Source: Nemertoderma westbladi (lineage: Eukaryota; Animalia; Xenacoelomorpha). From it: a stretch of 64,000 nucleotides of DNA. A program made the position numbers and the translations under genes. Below the pieces are notes generated by a model. That model made no database searches, had not been told where the DNA came from, and was given only the letters and a program-made list of their open reading frames with translations. The stretch lies in NCBI GenBank assembly GCA_032718475.1, contig JAUCBJ010002359.1, forward strand, positions 15,903 through 79,902. Direction: 5' to 3'. Below, one piece after another: positions 1-13,834 of this stretch; position 1 is the first letter of the stretch; the number at the start of each line of letters is the position of its first letter.

Positions 1-3000
1 CTGTTGTACCGTATTGTACAGTGAACCACTCTACGGCTGTACCGTATTGTACAGTGAACCACTCTACTGCTGTACCGTATTGTACAGTGAACCACTCTAC
101 TGTTGTACCGTATTGTACAGTGAACCACTCTACTGCTGTACCGTATTGTACAGTGAACCACTCTACTGCTGTACCGTATTGTACAGTGAACCACTCTACT
201 GCTGTACCGTATTGTACAGTGAACCACTCTACTGCTGTACCGTATTGTACAGTGAACCACTCTGCTGCTCGCTGTACCGTATTGTACAGTGAACCACTCT
301 ACTGCTGTACCGTATTGTACAGTGAACCACTCTACTGCTGTGACCCACTCTACTGCTGTACCGTATTGTACAGTGAACCACTCTGCTGCTGTACCGTATT
401 GTACAGTGAACCACTCTACTGCTGTACCGTATTGTTCAGTGAACCACTCTACTGCTGTACCGTATTGTACAGTGAACCACTCTACTGCTGTACCGTATTG
501 TACAGTTAATCACTCTACTGCTGTGCCGTATTGTACAGTGAACCACTCTACTGCTGTACCGTATTGTACAGAGAACCACTCTACTGCTGTACCGTATTGT
601 ACAGTGAACCACTCTACTGTTGTACCGTATTGTATAGTGAACCACTCTACTGCTGTACCGTATTGTACAGTGAACCACTCTACTGCTGTACCGTATTGTA
701 CAGTGAACCACTCTACTGCTGTGACCCACTCTACTGCTGTACCGTATTGTACAGTGAACCACTCTGCTGCTCGCTGTACCGTATTGTACAGTTAATCACC
801 CTACTGCTGTACCGTATTGTACAGTGAACCACTCTACTGCTGTACCGTATTGTACAGTGAACCACTCTACTGCTGTACCGTATTGTACAGTGAACCACTC
901 TACTGCTGTACCGTATTGTACAGTGAACCACTCTACTGCTGTACCGTATTGTACAGTGAACCACTCTACTGTTGTACCGTATTGTACAGTGAACCACTCT
1001 ACTGCTGTACCGTATTGTACAGTGAACCACTCTACTGCTGTACCGTATTGTACAGTGAACCACTCTACTGCTGTGACCCACTCTACTGCTGTACCGTATT
1101 GTACAGTGAACCACTCTGCTGCTCGCTGTACCGTATTGTACAGTTAATCACCCTACTGCTGTACCGTATTGTACAGTGAACCACTCTACTGCTGTACCGT
1201 ATTGTACAGTGAACCACTCTACTGCTCTATCGTATTGTACAGTTAATCACCCTACTGCTGTACCGTATTGTACGGTGAACCACTCTACTGCTGTATCGTA
1301 TTGTACAGTGAACCACTCTACTGCTGTACCGTATTGTACAGTGAACCACTCTACTGCTGTACCGTATTATACAGTGAACCACTCTGCTGCTCGCTGTACC
1401 GTATTGTACAGTTAATCACTCTACTGCTGTACCGTATTGTACAGTGAACCACTCTACTGCTGTACCGTATTGTTCAGTGAACCACTCTACTGCTGTACCG
1501 TATTGTACAGTGAACCACTCTACTGCTGTACCGTATTGTACAGTGAGTGAACCACTCTACTGCTGTACCGTATTGTACAGTGAACCACTCTGCTGCTCGC
1601 TGTACCGTATTGTACAGTTAATCACCCTACTGCTGTACCGTATTGTACAGTGAACCACTCTACTGCTGTATCGTATTGTACAGTGAACCACCCTACTGCT
1701 GTTCCGTATTGTACAGTGAACCACTCTACTGCTGTACCGTATTGTACAGTGAACCACTCTACTGCTATACCGTATTGTACAGTGAACCACTCTACTGCTC
1801 TACCGTATTGTACAGTGAACCACTCTACTGCTGTACCGTATTGTTCAGTGAACCACTCTACTGCTGTACCGTATTGTTCAGTGAACCACTCTACTGCTGT
1901 ACCGTATTGTACAGTGAACCACTCTACTGCTGTACCGTATTGTACAGTGAACCACTCTACTGCTCTACCGTATTGTACAGTGAACCACTCTGCTGCTCGC
2001 TGTACCGTATTGTACAGTGAACCACTCTACTGCTGTACCGTATTGTACAGTGAACCACTCTACTGCTGTACCGTATTGTACAGTGAACCACTCTACTGAT
2101 GTACCGTATTGTACAGTGAACCACTCTACTGCTGTACCGTATTGTACAGTGAACCACTCTACTGCTGTACCGTATTGTACAGTGAACCACTCTACTGCTG
2201 TACCGTATTGTACAGTGAACCACTCTACTGCTGTACCGTATTGTACAGTGAACCACTCTACTGCTGTACCGTATTGTACAGTGAACCACTCTACTGCTGT
2301 ACCGTATTGTACAGTGAACCACTCTACTGCTGTACCGTATTGTTCAGTGAACCACTCTACTGCTGTACCGTATTGTACAGTGAACCACTCTACTGCTGTA
2401 CCGCATTGTACAGTGAACCACTCTACTGCTGTACCGTATTGTACAGTGAACCACTCTGCTGCTCGCTGTACCGTATTGTACAGTTAATCACTCTACTGCT
2501 GTACCGTATTGTACAGTGAACCACTCTACTGCTGTACCGTATTGTACAGTGAACCACTCTACTGCTGTACCGTATTGTTCAGTGAACCACTCTACTGCTG
2601 TACCGTATTGTACAGTGAACCACTCTACTGCTGTACCGTATTGTTCAGTGAACCACTCTACTGCTGTACCGTATTGTACAGTGAACCACTCTACTGCTGT
2701 ACCGTATTGTTCAGTGAACCACTCTACTGCTGTACCGTATTGTACAGTGAACCACTCTACTGCTGTACCGTATTGTACAGTGAACCACTCTACTGCTCTA
2801 CCGTATTGTACAGTGAACCACTCTGCTGCTCGCTGTACCGTATTGTACAGTGAACCACTCTACTGCTGTACCGTATTGTACAGTGAACCACTCTACTGCT
2901 GTACCGTATTGTACAGTGAACCACTCTACTGCTGTACCGTATTGTTCAGTGAACCACTCTACTGCTGTACCGTATTGTACAGTGAACCACTCTACTGCTG

Positions 3001-6000
3001 TACCGTATTGTACAGTGAACCACTCTACTGCTGTACCGTATTGTACAGTGAACCACTCTGCTGCTCGCTGTACCGTATTGTACAGTTAATCACTCTACTG
3101 CTGTACCGTATTGTACAGTGAACCACTCTACTGATGTACCGTATTGTACAGTGAACCACTCTACTGCTGTACCGTATTGTTCAGTGAACCACTCTACTGC
3201 TGTACCGTATTGTACAGTGAACCACTCTACTGCTGTACCGTATTGTACAGTGAACCACTCTACTGCTGTACCGTGTTGTACAGTTAACCACTCTACTGCT
3301 GTACCGTATTGTACAGTGAACCACTCTACTGCTGTACCGTATTGTACAGTGAACCACTCTACTGCTGTACCGTATTGTACAGTGAACCACTCTGCTGCTC
3401 GCTGTACCGTATTGTACAGTTAATCACCCTACTGCTGTACCGTATTGTACAGTGAACCACTCTACTGCTGTATCGTATTGTACAGTGAACCACCCTACTG
3501 CTGTACCGTATTGTACAGTGAACCACTCTACTGCTGTACCGTATTGTACAGTGAACCACTCTACTGTTGTACCGTATTGTACAGCGAACCACTCTACTGC
3601 TGTACCGTATTGTACAGTGAACCACTCTACTGTTGTACCGTATTGTACAGTGAACCACTCTACTGCTGTACCGTATTGTACAGTGAACCACTCTGCTGCT
3701 CGCTGTACCGTATTGTTCAGTGAACCACTCTACTGCTGTACCGTATTGTACAGTGAACCACCCTACTGCTGTACCGTATTGTACAGTGAACCACTCTACT
3801 GCTGTACCGTATTGTACAGTGAACCACTCTACTGTTGTACCGTATTGTACAGTGAACCACTCTACTGTTGTACCGTATTGTACAGTGAACCACTCTGCTG
3901 CTCGCTGTACCGTATTGTACAGTTAATCACCCTACTGCTGTACCGTATTGTACAGTGAACCACTCTACTGCTGTATCGTATTGTACAGTGAACCACCCTA
4001 CTGCTGTACCGTATTGTACAGTGAACCACTCTACTGCTGTACCGTATTGTACAGTGAACCACTCTACTGTTGTACCGTATTGTACAGTGAACCACTCTAC
4101 TGCTGTACCGTATTGTACAGTGAACCACTCTACTGCTCTACCGTATTGTACAGTGAACCACTCTACTGCTGTACCGTATTGTTCAGTGAACCACTCTACT
4201 GCTGTACCGTATTGTACAGTGAACCACTCTGCTGCTCGCTGTACCGTATTGTACAGTTAATCACTCTACTGCTGTACCGTATTGTACAGTGAACCACTCT
4301 ACTGCTGTACCGTATTGTACAGTGAACCACTCTACTGCTGTACCGTATTGTACAGTGAACCACTCTACTGTTGTACCGTATTGTACAGTGAACCACTCTA
4401 CTGCTGTACCGTATTGTACAGTGAACCACTCTACTGTTGTACCGTATTGTACAGTGAACCACTCTACTGTTGTACCGTATTGTACAGTGAACCACTCTGC
4501 TGCTCGCTGTACCGTATTGTACAGTTAATCACCCTACTGCTGTACCGTATTGTACAGTGAACCACTCTACTGCTGTATCGTATTGTACAGTGAACCACCC
4601 TACTGCTGTACCGTATTGTACAGTGAACCACTCTACTGCTGTACCGTATTGTACAGTGAACCACTCTACTGCTGTACCGTATTGTACAGTGAACCACTCT
4701 ACTGCTGTACCGTATTGTACAGTGAACCACTCTACTGCTGTACCGTATTGTACAGTGAACCACTCTGCTGCTCGCTGTACCGTATTGTTCAGTGAACCAC
4801 TCTACTGCTGTACTGTATTGTACAGTGAACCACTCTACTGTTGTACCGTATTGTACAGTGAACCACTCTACTGTTGTACCGTATTGTACAGTGAACCACT
4901 CTGCTGCTCGCTGTACCGTATTGTACAGTTAATCACCCTACTGCTGTACCGTATTGTACAGTGAACCACTCTACTGCTGTATCGTATTGTACAGTGAACC
5001 ACCCTACTGCTGTACCGTATTGTACAGTGAACCACTCTACTGCTGTACCGTATTGTACAGTGAACCACTCTACTGTTGTACCGTATTGTACAGTGAACCA
5101 CTCTACTGCTGTACCGTATTGTACAGTGAACCACTCTACTGCTCTACCGTATTGTACAGTGAACCACTCTACTGCTGTACCGTATTGTTCAGTGAACCAC
5201 TCTACTGCTGTACCGTATTGTACAGTGAACCACTCTGCTGCTCGCTGTACCGTATTGTACAGTTAATCACTCTACTGCTGTACCGTATTGTACAGTGAAC
5301 CACTCTACTGCTGTACCGTATTGTACAGTGAACCACTCTACTGCTGTACCGTATTGTTCAGTGAACCACTCTACTGCTTTACCGTATTGTACAGTGAACC
5401 ACTCTACTGCTGTACCGTATTGTACAGTGAACCACTCTACTGCTGTACCGTATTGTACAGTGAACCACTCTGCTGCTCGCTGTACCGTATTGTACAGTTA
5501 ATCACTCTACTGCTGTACCGTATTGTACAGTGAACCACTCTACTGCTGTACCGTATTGTACAGTGAACCACTCTACTGCTGTACCGTATTGTTCAGTGAA
5601 CCACTCTACTGCTGTACCGTATTGTACAGTGAACCACTCTACTGCTGTACCGTATTGTACAGTGAACCACTCTACTGCTGTACCGTATTGTACAGTGAAC
5701 CACCCTGCTGCTCGCTGTACCGTATTGTACAGTTAATCACCCTACTGCTGTACCGTATTGTACAGTGAACCACTCTACTGCTGTATCGTATTGTACAGTG
5801 AACCACCCTACTGCTGTACCGTATTGTACAGTGAACCACTCTACTGCTGTACCGTATTGTACAGTGAACCACTCTACTGCTGTACCGTATTGTACAGTGA
5901 ACCACTCTACTGCTCTACCGTATTGTACAGTGAACCACTCTACTGCTGTACCGTATTGTTCAGTGAACCACTCTACTGCTGTACCGTATTGTACAGTGAA

Positions 6001-6381
6001 CCACTCTGCTGCTCGCTGTACCGTATTGTACAGTTAATCACTCTACTGCTGTACCGTATTGTACAGTGAACCACTCTACTGCTGTACCGTATTGTACAGT
6101 GAACCACTCTACTGCTGTACCGTATTGTACAGTGAACCACTCTACTGTTGTACCGTATTGTACAGTGAACCACTCTACTGCTGTACCGTATTGTACAGTG
6201 AGCCACTCTACTGTTGTACCGTATTGTACAGTGAACTACTCTGCTGCTCGCTGTACCGTATTGTACAGTTAATCACCCTACTGCTGTACCGTATTGTACA
6301 GTGAACCACTCTACTGCTGTATCGTATTGTACAGTGAACCACTCTACTGCTGTACCGTATTGTACAGTGAACCACTCTACT
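1..6381. repeat. 33-bp tandem satellite A (left block), consensus CTGTACCGTATTGTACAGTGAACCACTCTACTG, with higher-order variants
   Basis: Directly visible tandem array. Recurrent 37-bp variant (CTGCTGCTCGCTG) usually followed by a GTTAATCAC variant. Array is cut by the window start. Confidence 0.98.
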
Positions 6382-7594
6382 TTATAAACTAATTTTTTAT
6401 TATTAATTAATCTTACCGGTAAATTTATTAAATCATGAAAATGAGCAATTATAGACATCTATATTTATAAAAAAAAGAAACACCACAAAACTGCAGAACA
6501 AAGCATGGTCCCTCCAATCTTACACCACCCGCGCGTCCGCATTGGCTACCAAGATTGAGGTATCGGCCATATTGTGCAGAATGGGTCGCCTTAGTGTCGA
6601 TCTGCTTCCGCGAACACACATTATTACTGAACGTAATAAAGCAAAGCTGATTTTGCGGCGAAGCCACTGAATTGCTTCATTGTAGCTGATCTCTCTCTTC
6701 ACTGCTAACAAATCAGCGAGACGTTTAGTGAAGATACGTGCACTCCAACCCATTCCTCCAGTAGCCGCTAGAATGAAGGGACAGAACGTTGACATTTCTA
6801 CATCCCGAACTCTTTCTTCATATTGGGCCCTCTTTCGGTTCTCGTGATGGGTATAAGCTCTATCGACGCCCAAAGAGGAATTGGATGGTGCTAGGGGGTT
6901 AAATACAGAAACATCAATCAACAGTTTCTCATAACGACCTCCCCAGAAACCACTGACAGATACATCTAACCGAGCACCCTCATCCCTTGTGGTTGTAGAG
7001 CGATGGAATGTTTCCCCAGTGATTGGTTGGAGTACAGGCTCGATTGAGATATCATGGGCAACCTCGGTTAATGTGTTGGCGATGAAATCTCTGATTTCAT
7101 TGTGACGGACCGACGGAAAACCACCTGTGGGGCACGATAAAACGTGGTTTACTGTGAACCGCGCCCCACAGGCACATTCCGCCGGTGTCGCCTGCAACTG
7201 CCATCCGAACCTAAGCTGGATCGCATCCCTGAACTCTGACTTTGTGAGGTGATAGTTGTGCTGGGTTGATGGTCTGGTGTTGAGCCAAGCCGATGCCCCC
7301 TTCTGTGAAGATAAGATTCGTAGTTGTTCCTGAACTGGGGATATTGCGACCTGTATACTTTGTATTTCTTCTGCGACCCTTATGTTTTGCTCCGATTTGA
7401 TAGCTTTGGATGTTTCTTTCTGTTTTTCCCTGACATCGGCCATTGTATCTGTTGGAAGTCGCTCCATCAATGGCTCACTGATGGCTCTTGAGTTATCGTA
7501 TTCCTTACTAAGATCTGATGGAATGGGTATGCCTAGTCCTCCCAATCTTGTTGGCAGCGCTATTAGTTTCTGTTCGGTTTCAGATAAGTTGTAC
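6382..7594 (-). mobile_element. 5'-truncated non-LTR retrotransposon with restriction-like endonuclease (CRE-clade-like) inserted in satellite A
   Basis: ORF 6520-7594 has LPTRLGGLGIP, ASAWL, EFRDAIQLRFG, CACG..H..C zinc knuckle, RHNEIRD, RLDV..IDVSV..K and PFILAATGG, typical of the C-terminus of CRE-type RLE elements. About 140 bp AT-rich 3' UTR. Satellite on both sides. Confidence 0.85.
6520..7594 (-). CDS. C-terminal RT-thumb/zinc-knuckle/RLE portion of retrotransposon ORF (no native start; first ~9 aa of the track ORF are satellite)
   Basis: Uninterrupted ~357-codon frame with the motifs above. Confidence 0.8.
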
Positions 7595-10085
7595 CTGTAC
7601 CGTATTGTACAGTGAACCACTCTGCTGCTCGCTGTACCGTATTGTACAGTTAATCACTCTACTGCTGTACCGTATTGTACAGTGAACCACTCTACTGCTG
7701 TACCGTATTGTACAGTGAACCACTATGCTGCTCGCTGTACCGTATTGTACAGTTAATCACTCTACTACTGTACCGTATTGTACAGTGAACCACTCTACTG
7801 CTGTACCGTATTGTTCAGTGAACCACTCTACTGCTGTACCGTATTGTACAGTGAACCACTCTACTGCTGTACCGTATTGTACAGTGAACCACTCTACTGC
7901 TGTACCGTATTGTCAAGTGAACCACTCTGCTGCTCGCTGTACAGTATTGTACAGTTAATCACCCTACTGCTGTACCGTATTGTACAGTGAACCACACTAC
8001 TGCTGTATCGTATTGTACAGTGAACCACCCTACTGCTGTACCGTATTGTACAGTGAACCACTCTACTGCTGTACCGTATTGTACAGTGAACCACTCTACT
8101 GCTGTACCGTATTGTACAGTGAACCACTCTACTGCTCTATAGTATTGTACAGTGAACCACTCTACTGCTGTACCGTATTGTACAGTGAACCACTCTACTG
8201 CTGTACCGTATTGTACAGTGAACCACTCTACTGCTGTACCGTATAGTACAGTGAACCACTCTACTGCTGTACCGTATTGTACAGTGAACCACTCTGCTGC
8301 TCGCTGTACCGTATTGTACAGTTAATCACTCTACTGCTGTACCGTATTGTACAGTGAACCACTCTACTGCTGTACCGTATTTTACAGTGAACCACTCTAC
8401 TGCTGTACCGTATTGTACAGTGAACCACTCTACTGTTGTACCGTATTGTACAGTGAACCACTCTACTGCTGTACCGTATTGTACAGTGAACCACTCTACT
8501 GCTGTACCGTATTGTACAGTGAACCACTCTACTGCTGTACCGTGTTGTACAGTGACCCACTCTACTGCTGTACCGTATTGTACAGTGAACCACTCTACTG
8601 CTGTACCGTATTGTACAGTGACCCACTCTACTGCTGTACCGTATTGTACAGTGAACCACTCTACTGCTGTACCGTATTGTACAGTGAACCACTCTACTGC
8701 TGTACCGTATTGTACAGTGAACCACTCTACTGCTGTACCGTATTGTACAGTGAACCACTCTACTGCTGTACCGTGTTGTACAGTGACCCACTCTACTGCT
8801 GTACCGTATTGTACAGTGAACCACTCTACTGCTGTACCGTATTGTACAGTGAACCACTCTACTGCTGTACCGTATTGTACAGTGAACCACTCTACTGCTG
8901 TACCGTATTGTACAGTGAACCACTCTATTGCTGTACCGTATAGTACAGTGAACCAATCTACTGCTGTACCGTATTGTACACATGTACAGTGAACCACTCT
9001 ACTGCTGTACCGTATTGTACAGTGAACCACTCTACTGTTGTACCGTATTGTACAGTGAACCACTCTACTGCTGTACCGTATTGTACAGTGAACCACTCTA
9101 CTGCTGTACCGTATTGTACAGTGAACCACTCTACTTCTGTACCGTATTGTACAGTGAACCACTCTACTGCTGTACCGTATAGTACAGTGAACCAATCTAC
9201 TGCTGTACCGTATTGTACACATCTACAGTGAACCACTCTACTGCTGTACCGTATTGTACAGTGAACCACCCTACTGTTGTACCGTATTGTACAGTGAACC
9301 ACTCTACTGCTGTACCGTATTGTACAGTGAACCACTCTACTGATGTACCGTATTGTACAGTGAACCACTCTACTGTTGTACCGTATTGTACAGTGAACCA
9401 CTCTACTGCTGTACCGTATTGTACAGTGAACCACTCTACTGCTGTACCGTATTGTACAGTGAACCACTCTACTGCTGTACCGTATTGTACAGTGAACCAA
9501 TCTACTGATGTACCGTATTGTACACATGTACAGTGAACCACTCTACTGCTGTACCGTATTGTACAGTGAACCACTCTACTGATGTACCGTATTGTACAGT
9601 GAACCACTCTACTGCTGTACCGTATTGTACAGTGAACCACTCTACTGCTGTACCGTATAGTACAGTGAACCAATCTACTGCTGTACCGTATTGTACACAT
9701 GTACAGTGAACCACTCTACTGCTGTACCGTATTGTACAGTGAACCACTCTACTGTTGTACCGTATTGTACAGTGAACCACTCTACTGCTGTACCGTATTG
9801 TACAGTGAACCACTCTACTGCTGTACCGTATTGTACAGTGAACCACTCTACTGTTGTACCGTATTGTACAGTGAACCACTCTACTGTTGTACCGTATTGT
9901 ACAGTGAACCACTCTACTGCTGTACCGTATTGTACAGTGAACCACTCTACTGCTGTACCGTATTGTACAGTGAACCACTCTACTGTTGTACCGTATTGTA
10001 CAGTGAACCACTCTACTGCTGTACCGTATTGTACAGTGAACCACTCTACTGCTGTACCGTATTGTACAGTGAACCACTCTACTGC
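7595..10085. repeat. 33-bp satellite A (right block)
   Basis: Same monomer. New variants appear after ~8500 (GTGACCCAC; TAGTAC..CAATCTAC; GTACACATGTACAG insertion). Confidence 0.98.
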
Positions 10086-10145
10086 ACTATGTACCGACCG
10101 AATTGCACAATCTGCCATATTTAACTACTAAATATCGTATTTTAG

Positions 10146-10261
10146 ATCCACCGGTCGACGCCGACTCAATAAAGGAACACGCTGACACCGCCTTTACTAG
10201 AATGGATTTGGATAAGGATGGATTTGTTAGTAAAGATGAGTTCGATGAAGCTTGTCTGAAG
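10146..10261 (+). CDS. Internal coding exon of a KChIP/neuronal calcium sensor-like gene (EF-hand 4)
   Basis: ttttag| acceptor and AAG|gtaagt donor. Encodes PPVDADSIKEHADTAFTRMDLDKDGFVSKDEFDEACLK with canonical EF loop DxDxDGxxxxxE; resembles KChIP EHVxxFFxKMDxNxDGxVTxDEFxExC. Confidence 0.8.
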
Positions 10262-10727
10262 GTAAGTAAATTATTTCTTAGCCTACCAGGTAGTAAAGTC
10301 TTCGGTACATAACTTAGTGCTATGGTAAACTAAATATTTAGAATATTAAATGCCGGCATTCGGTTATAACTAAATATTTGTTTCAATGTAAAACAATAAA
10401 ATGTTGGATACTTTTTGTCCAGGCATAGCTTTTCTCTTTCTCCTGTAACTGTTGTCCTGTTTCCGGTACCTCTGATTGCTGATTCGTCTCGTCCCGGAAT
10501 ATAATAATATACTGTTAACATACGAATATAGTAATAAGGATCTACATTTTGTGCAATTATTTGTGACTACCATTTTGTTACGTTGCCCTTTAAATGTGCA
10601 CGAAAGGTAATATTTTTGATGTGGTCGGTGGTCATTAATTATTCATGTTTATAGCCAATCACATGTTGGTATTTATATCATTTGAAAGATCCGTATAACT
10701 TTGTAGATTATTTATTGTAAGGAATTT

Positions 10728-10830
10728 TTAAACGGGATTCCGATCCTGATCTCGAAAAATCGGGATCCCAGCGAAAAATGCAATCCCGATCCCGACTTTT
10801 TTGGAACGGGATCCCGAAGATTCTTAAGTA
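10728..10830. repeat. Short (GGGATCCC/GATCCCG)n-rich palindromic relic, probably a MITE fragment
   Basis: Several GGGATCCC palindromes and GATCCCG units within 100 bp. Confidence 0.4.
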
Positions 10831-10949
10831 AATTTGTTAAATATCTTATAAATAGTTCTAGCGGAACTATTACTACTACTACTACTAGGATCGGCATGCT
10901 GCATTGCAGCTGTTTTATATATATATATATTACATATATTTTAAAATTC

Positions 10950-12175
10950 TGTACCGGCTTGTCGACAAAATTGTGCCGCCACAACTCCCCATCACCCATG
11001 ACAATTGCTAGATCATCCGCATATTCAAGGCCAGTGTCGTTTAAGTTGCGTCTCAAGGAAGTTATGGGCTGTCCACCATGCTTATTCACTCCATGAGGCC
11101 GCCAAAGCACACGATTATGCACTGGGTGTTCCTCACGGCGAAAGCATTGTCCTGCAAAGCGGAGGTGGCTTTGTTCTAGTGTCAAGCTTGGGGGAACCAA
11201 TGAGACACCTCCAATGTTATATAGTGTCTGGTTGGAGATGTGTGCATTGTACTTGACACAATGAACCCGGCGTAGCATTCTTGAGAATGTGCCATCCAGA
11301 GATTTGGTGTCCTCAGCAGTTAGAGCCCAGCATGGACTCCCATAGAGGAGTACTGAAACTAGTGCTGCTCTAAATAATCGGACCTTAAGTTTCCGATTAA
11401 TTCTCGGTGACTTCCAATTTATGGATAGCCTATTCAAGGCTGCCCATGCCTTTCCCTTACATATTCGAAGGTCATCATCTGTCTTCCGGATCCATGATCC
11501 CAGGTAATAGAAGTCGTAATAGAAGTCATGCTCAAGCATACCATCATTTGGGCTTATGCTCATCCGCTCAGAGACTTGCTGAGGACTTTCAAAGTTAACT
11601 GTCAAAATTTTGGTCTTTTTTGGAGTTAATAAAAAGACCAACACTAGAAGCAGCATGTTCTAATGAGCTGAGGAGCCGTGGGCTCCATCTAGTGATTCTG
11701 AGAGTACTCCTAAGTGATCAGCAAAGTCTAGATCAGTTAGGTACTTGGCAGGATTTCCTCGACGTCTGGAGCCAATAGGTGGAGTTACCATCACCCCATC
11801 ATCATTATGATGATCTAAGGACATGCGTAGAACATAGTCAACCACAATTATGAACAAGAATGGCGCAAGTGTGTCTCCCTGGAGAACTCACCATAACATT
11901 TCAAATGGTTCTGTGTCACCATCAACAGTAGATACAAATGTTGTCGAACCATCGTATACTGATCTGATTGCTGCAATAATTTCATCAGGAATCCCATATA
12001 ATGAAAGTATGCTGAACATACGTGAGCGAGAGACTGAATCAAAGGCCTTGAAGAAATCAACAAAGATAAACAGCCTGTCAGATAGATGCCTGTCTTTCTT
12101 TTTTGATAACTCTTCAATTATACTTCTAAGTGCCAAAATGGCTCCATGGTCCCAACGACCTTTACGCTTTCTCAT
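10950..12175 (-). pseudogene. Degraded RTE-like LINE reverse transcriptase 3' part
   Basis: Frameshifted pieces: FVDFFKAFDSVSR, (Q)GDTLAPFLFIIVVDYVLR, DLDFADHL, FYYLGSWI, LFRAALVSVLLYGS. Confidence 0.88.
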
Positions 12176-12470
12176 TTTTCACCAGTTTTAGCTGTTTTTC
12201 TTGTTTATTTTCTAACTATTCATAAATAATCCCTAATAAATTGTGAAGTGATATTAATTTTGTATTTTAGAGTTGCGATGTTTCTAAGACTACGGGTATA
12301 TTCAACGCCTGTTTGTGACTCTAACGTTACCATGGCAACTTGTCCGATGAGACTTATCCGTTTGTTAGCATGGAAACATCCGCAGTTAAAATGTGCAGTG
12401 TTTATATCTAATTATGGTATTTATTTATTTCATTATTAGTACAGAACGATGACTACGCCATGCCTTCTAG

Positions 12471-12521
12471 GATGAACTTACTAATTCGTATTTATTAAAA
12501 CTTATTAATTATACTCTGTAA
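12471..12521 (+). CDS. Candidate terminal exon of the KChIP-like gene (DELTNSYLLKLINYTL*)
   Basis: ccttctag| acceptor, phase 0 matching the ...ACLK| donor. Starts with DE and is 16 aa, like the short KChIP last exon (DENIMxSxQLFENVI). Similarity is weak. Confidence 0.35.
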   Translation, partial: DELTNSYLLKLINYTL

Positions 12522-12535
12522 TTCGTTACTTATTA

Positions 12536-12681
12536 AGCCATTATATATCATTCATTGGTGTCATTCATCTTTATATCATGATTAACTCGTAATCTTATTG
12601 GCTCAGCCATTATATATCATTCATTGGTGTCATTCATCTTTATATCATGATTAACTCGTAATCTTATTGGCTCAGCCATTA
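12536..12681. repeat. 69-bp direct tandem duplication
   Basis: AGCCATTATATATCATTC...CTTATTGGCTC occurs twice, followed by a partial third copy. Confidence 0.9.
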
Positions 12682-13834
12682 TTTCCTGTTGTCATTCGGT
12701 TGTTTTTTTCTTGACAACGTCATGCTTTTTACAAACACAGGTTGTTTGTTACCAAGGTTACACAGGTTGTTTGTTACCATATGTTTTTATGGAGTTACAG
12801 GTACAATATCCATCCACTATTTGGTAATCAACCTCATTTAGGTCATATCTGGGCGATTTATTTTAGAGATTAATATTTAGTGCATTATGTACAAGGAAAA
12901 TAAAATATTATAAGTTAGTATCACCATTTTCACACAATTTGTTTATTAAATGTTATTTGTGGCCGACAATATTGTTGCTAAGAGACTGGCCGTGACGTAA
13001 TGTACTGCGTTTTGATTCGTTTAAACAATATGGTGTGCTAATATTGTATAATTTGTGATAAGTGAAGTAATATTTAAACAATTTGTTCAATTTGTTTTCA
13101 TTGACATTATTATGTAGTGATATATTAATTGTTATTAAAATAAATTATAGTAATTAATTAATAGCTACTTTTATACATTGCTATAATAATTTTCACCCTT
13201 TTTATGTTGCGTTTTATAAGTTTTTAGGGTTGGTAAGTTAAATTTCGTACTATTCATTAAAACAAATTAATTAATATACCTTAATTATTATGGATCCATT
13301 CACAAATATTTTCCCTGTTCCAGTTAAAATGTAACAATAAATAATACCGAACATTATTAATATAATACTGCACACATAATATATTTATTGTTATAATTAG
13401 TTGCTGATTGTATGTACTGTGAATGCTTATCATATTTAATTACATCAATTAATTAATTGGCCTCTAAAAATTAAAAAATATATATTTATAGTTCAATTAC
13501 GTCATTTGATGTAATTTTAATTGAATGTCTCACAACTGGTGCCAATAATTTCCAATCTATTGTACGTTTCTAATTTAGGTATGTATTGCGGAGCCACTAA
13601 GGGACACGGTATAGTTAACTCATTATTACATGGTAAATCTCTACGCACACAAGTTGTTCAATCCAACCCCCCCCCCCCCCCCCCCGTTCCCTCCCCTTAG
13701 TTTCTTAGATGGGTCGTCGCCTTTGGGAGACCGTCGACTGGTTTTCTCGTTGTGCTGCCACCGCCCGTATAGCCGTGTTTCTCTCGATTACAAAAATAAA
13801 TACAAATAATATTAATAAATTATGATGGGATAGA

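Noticed and set aside
14-10131. Dozens of Cys/Tyr-rich ORFs (YSEPLYCCTVL, NHSTAVPYCTV, VVHCTIRYSSR repeats)
   Set aside because: Artefact of a 33-bp (multiple of 3) monomer open in several frames on both strands; frames are broken by 37-bp variants.
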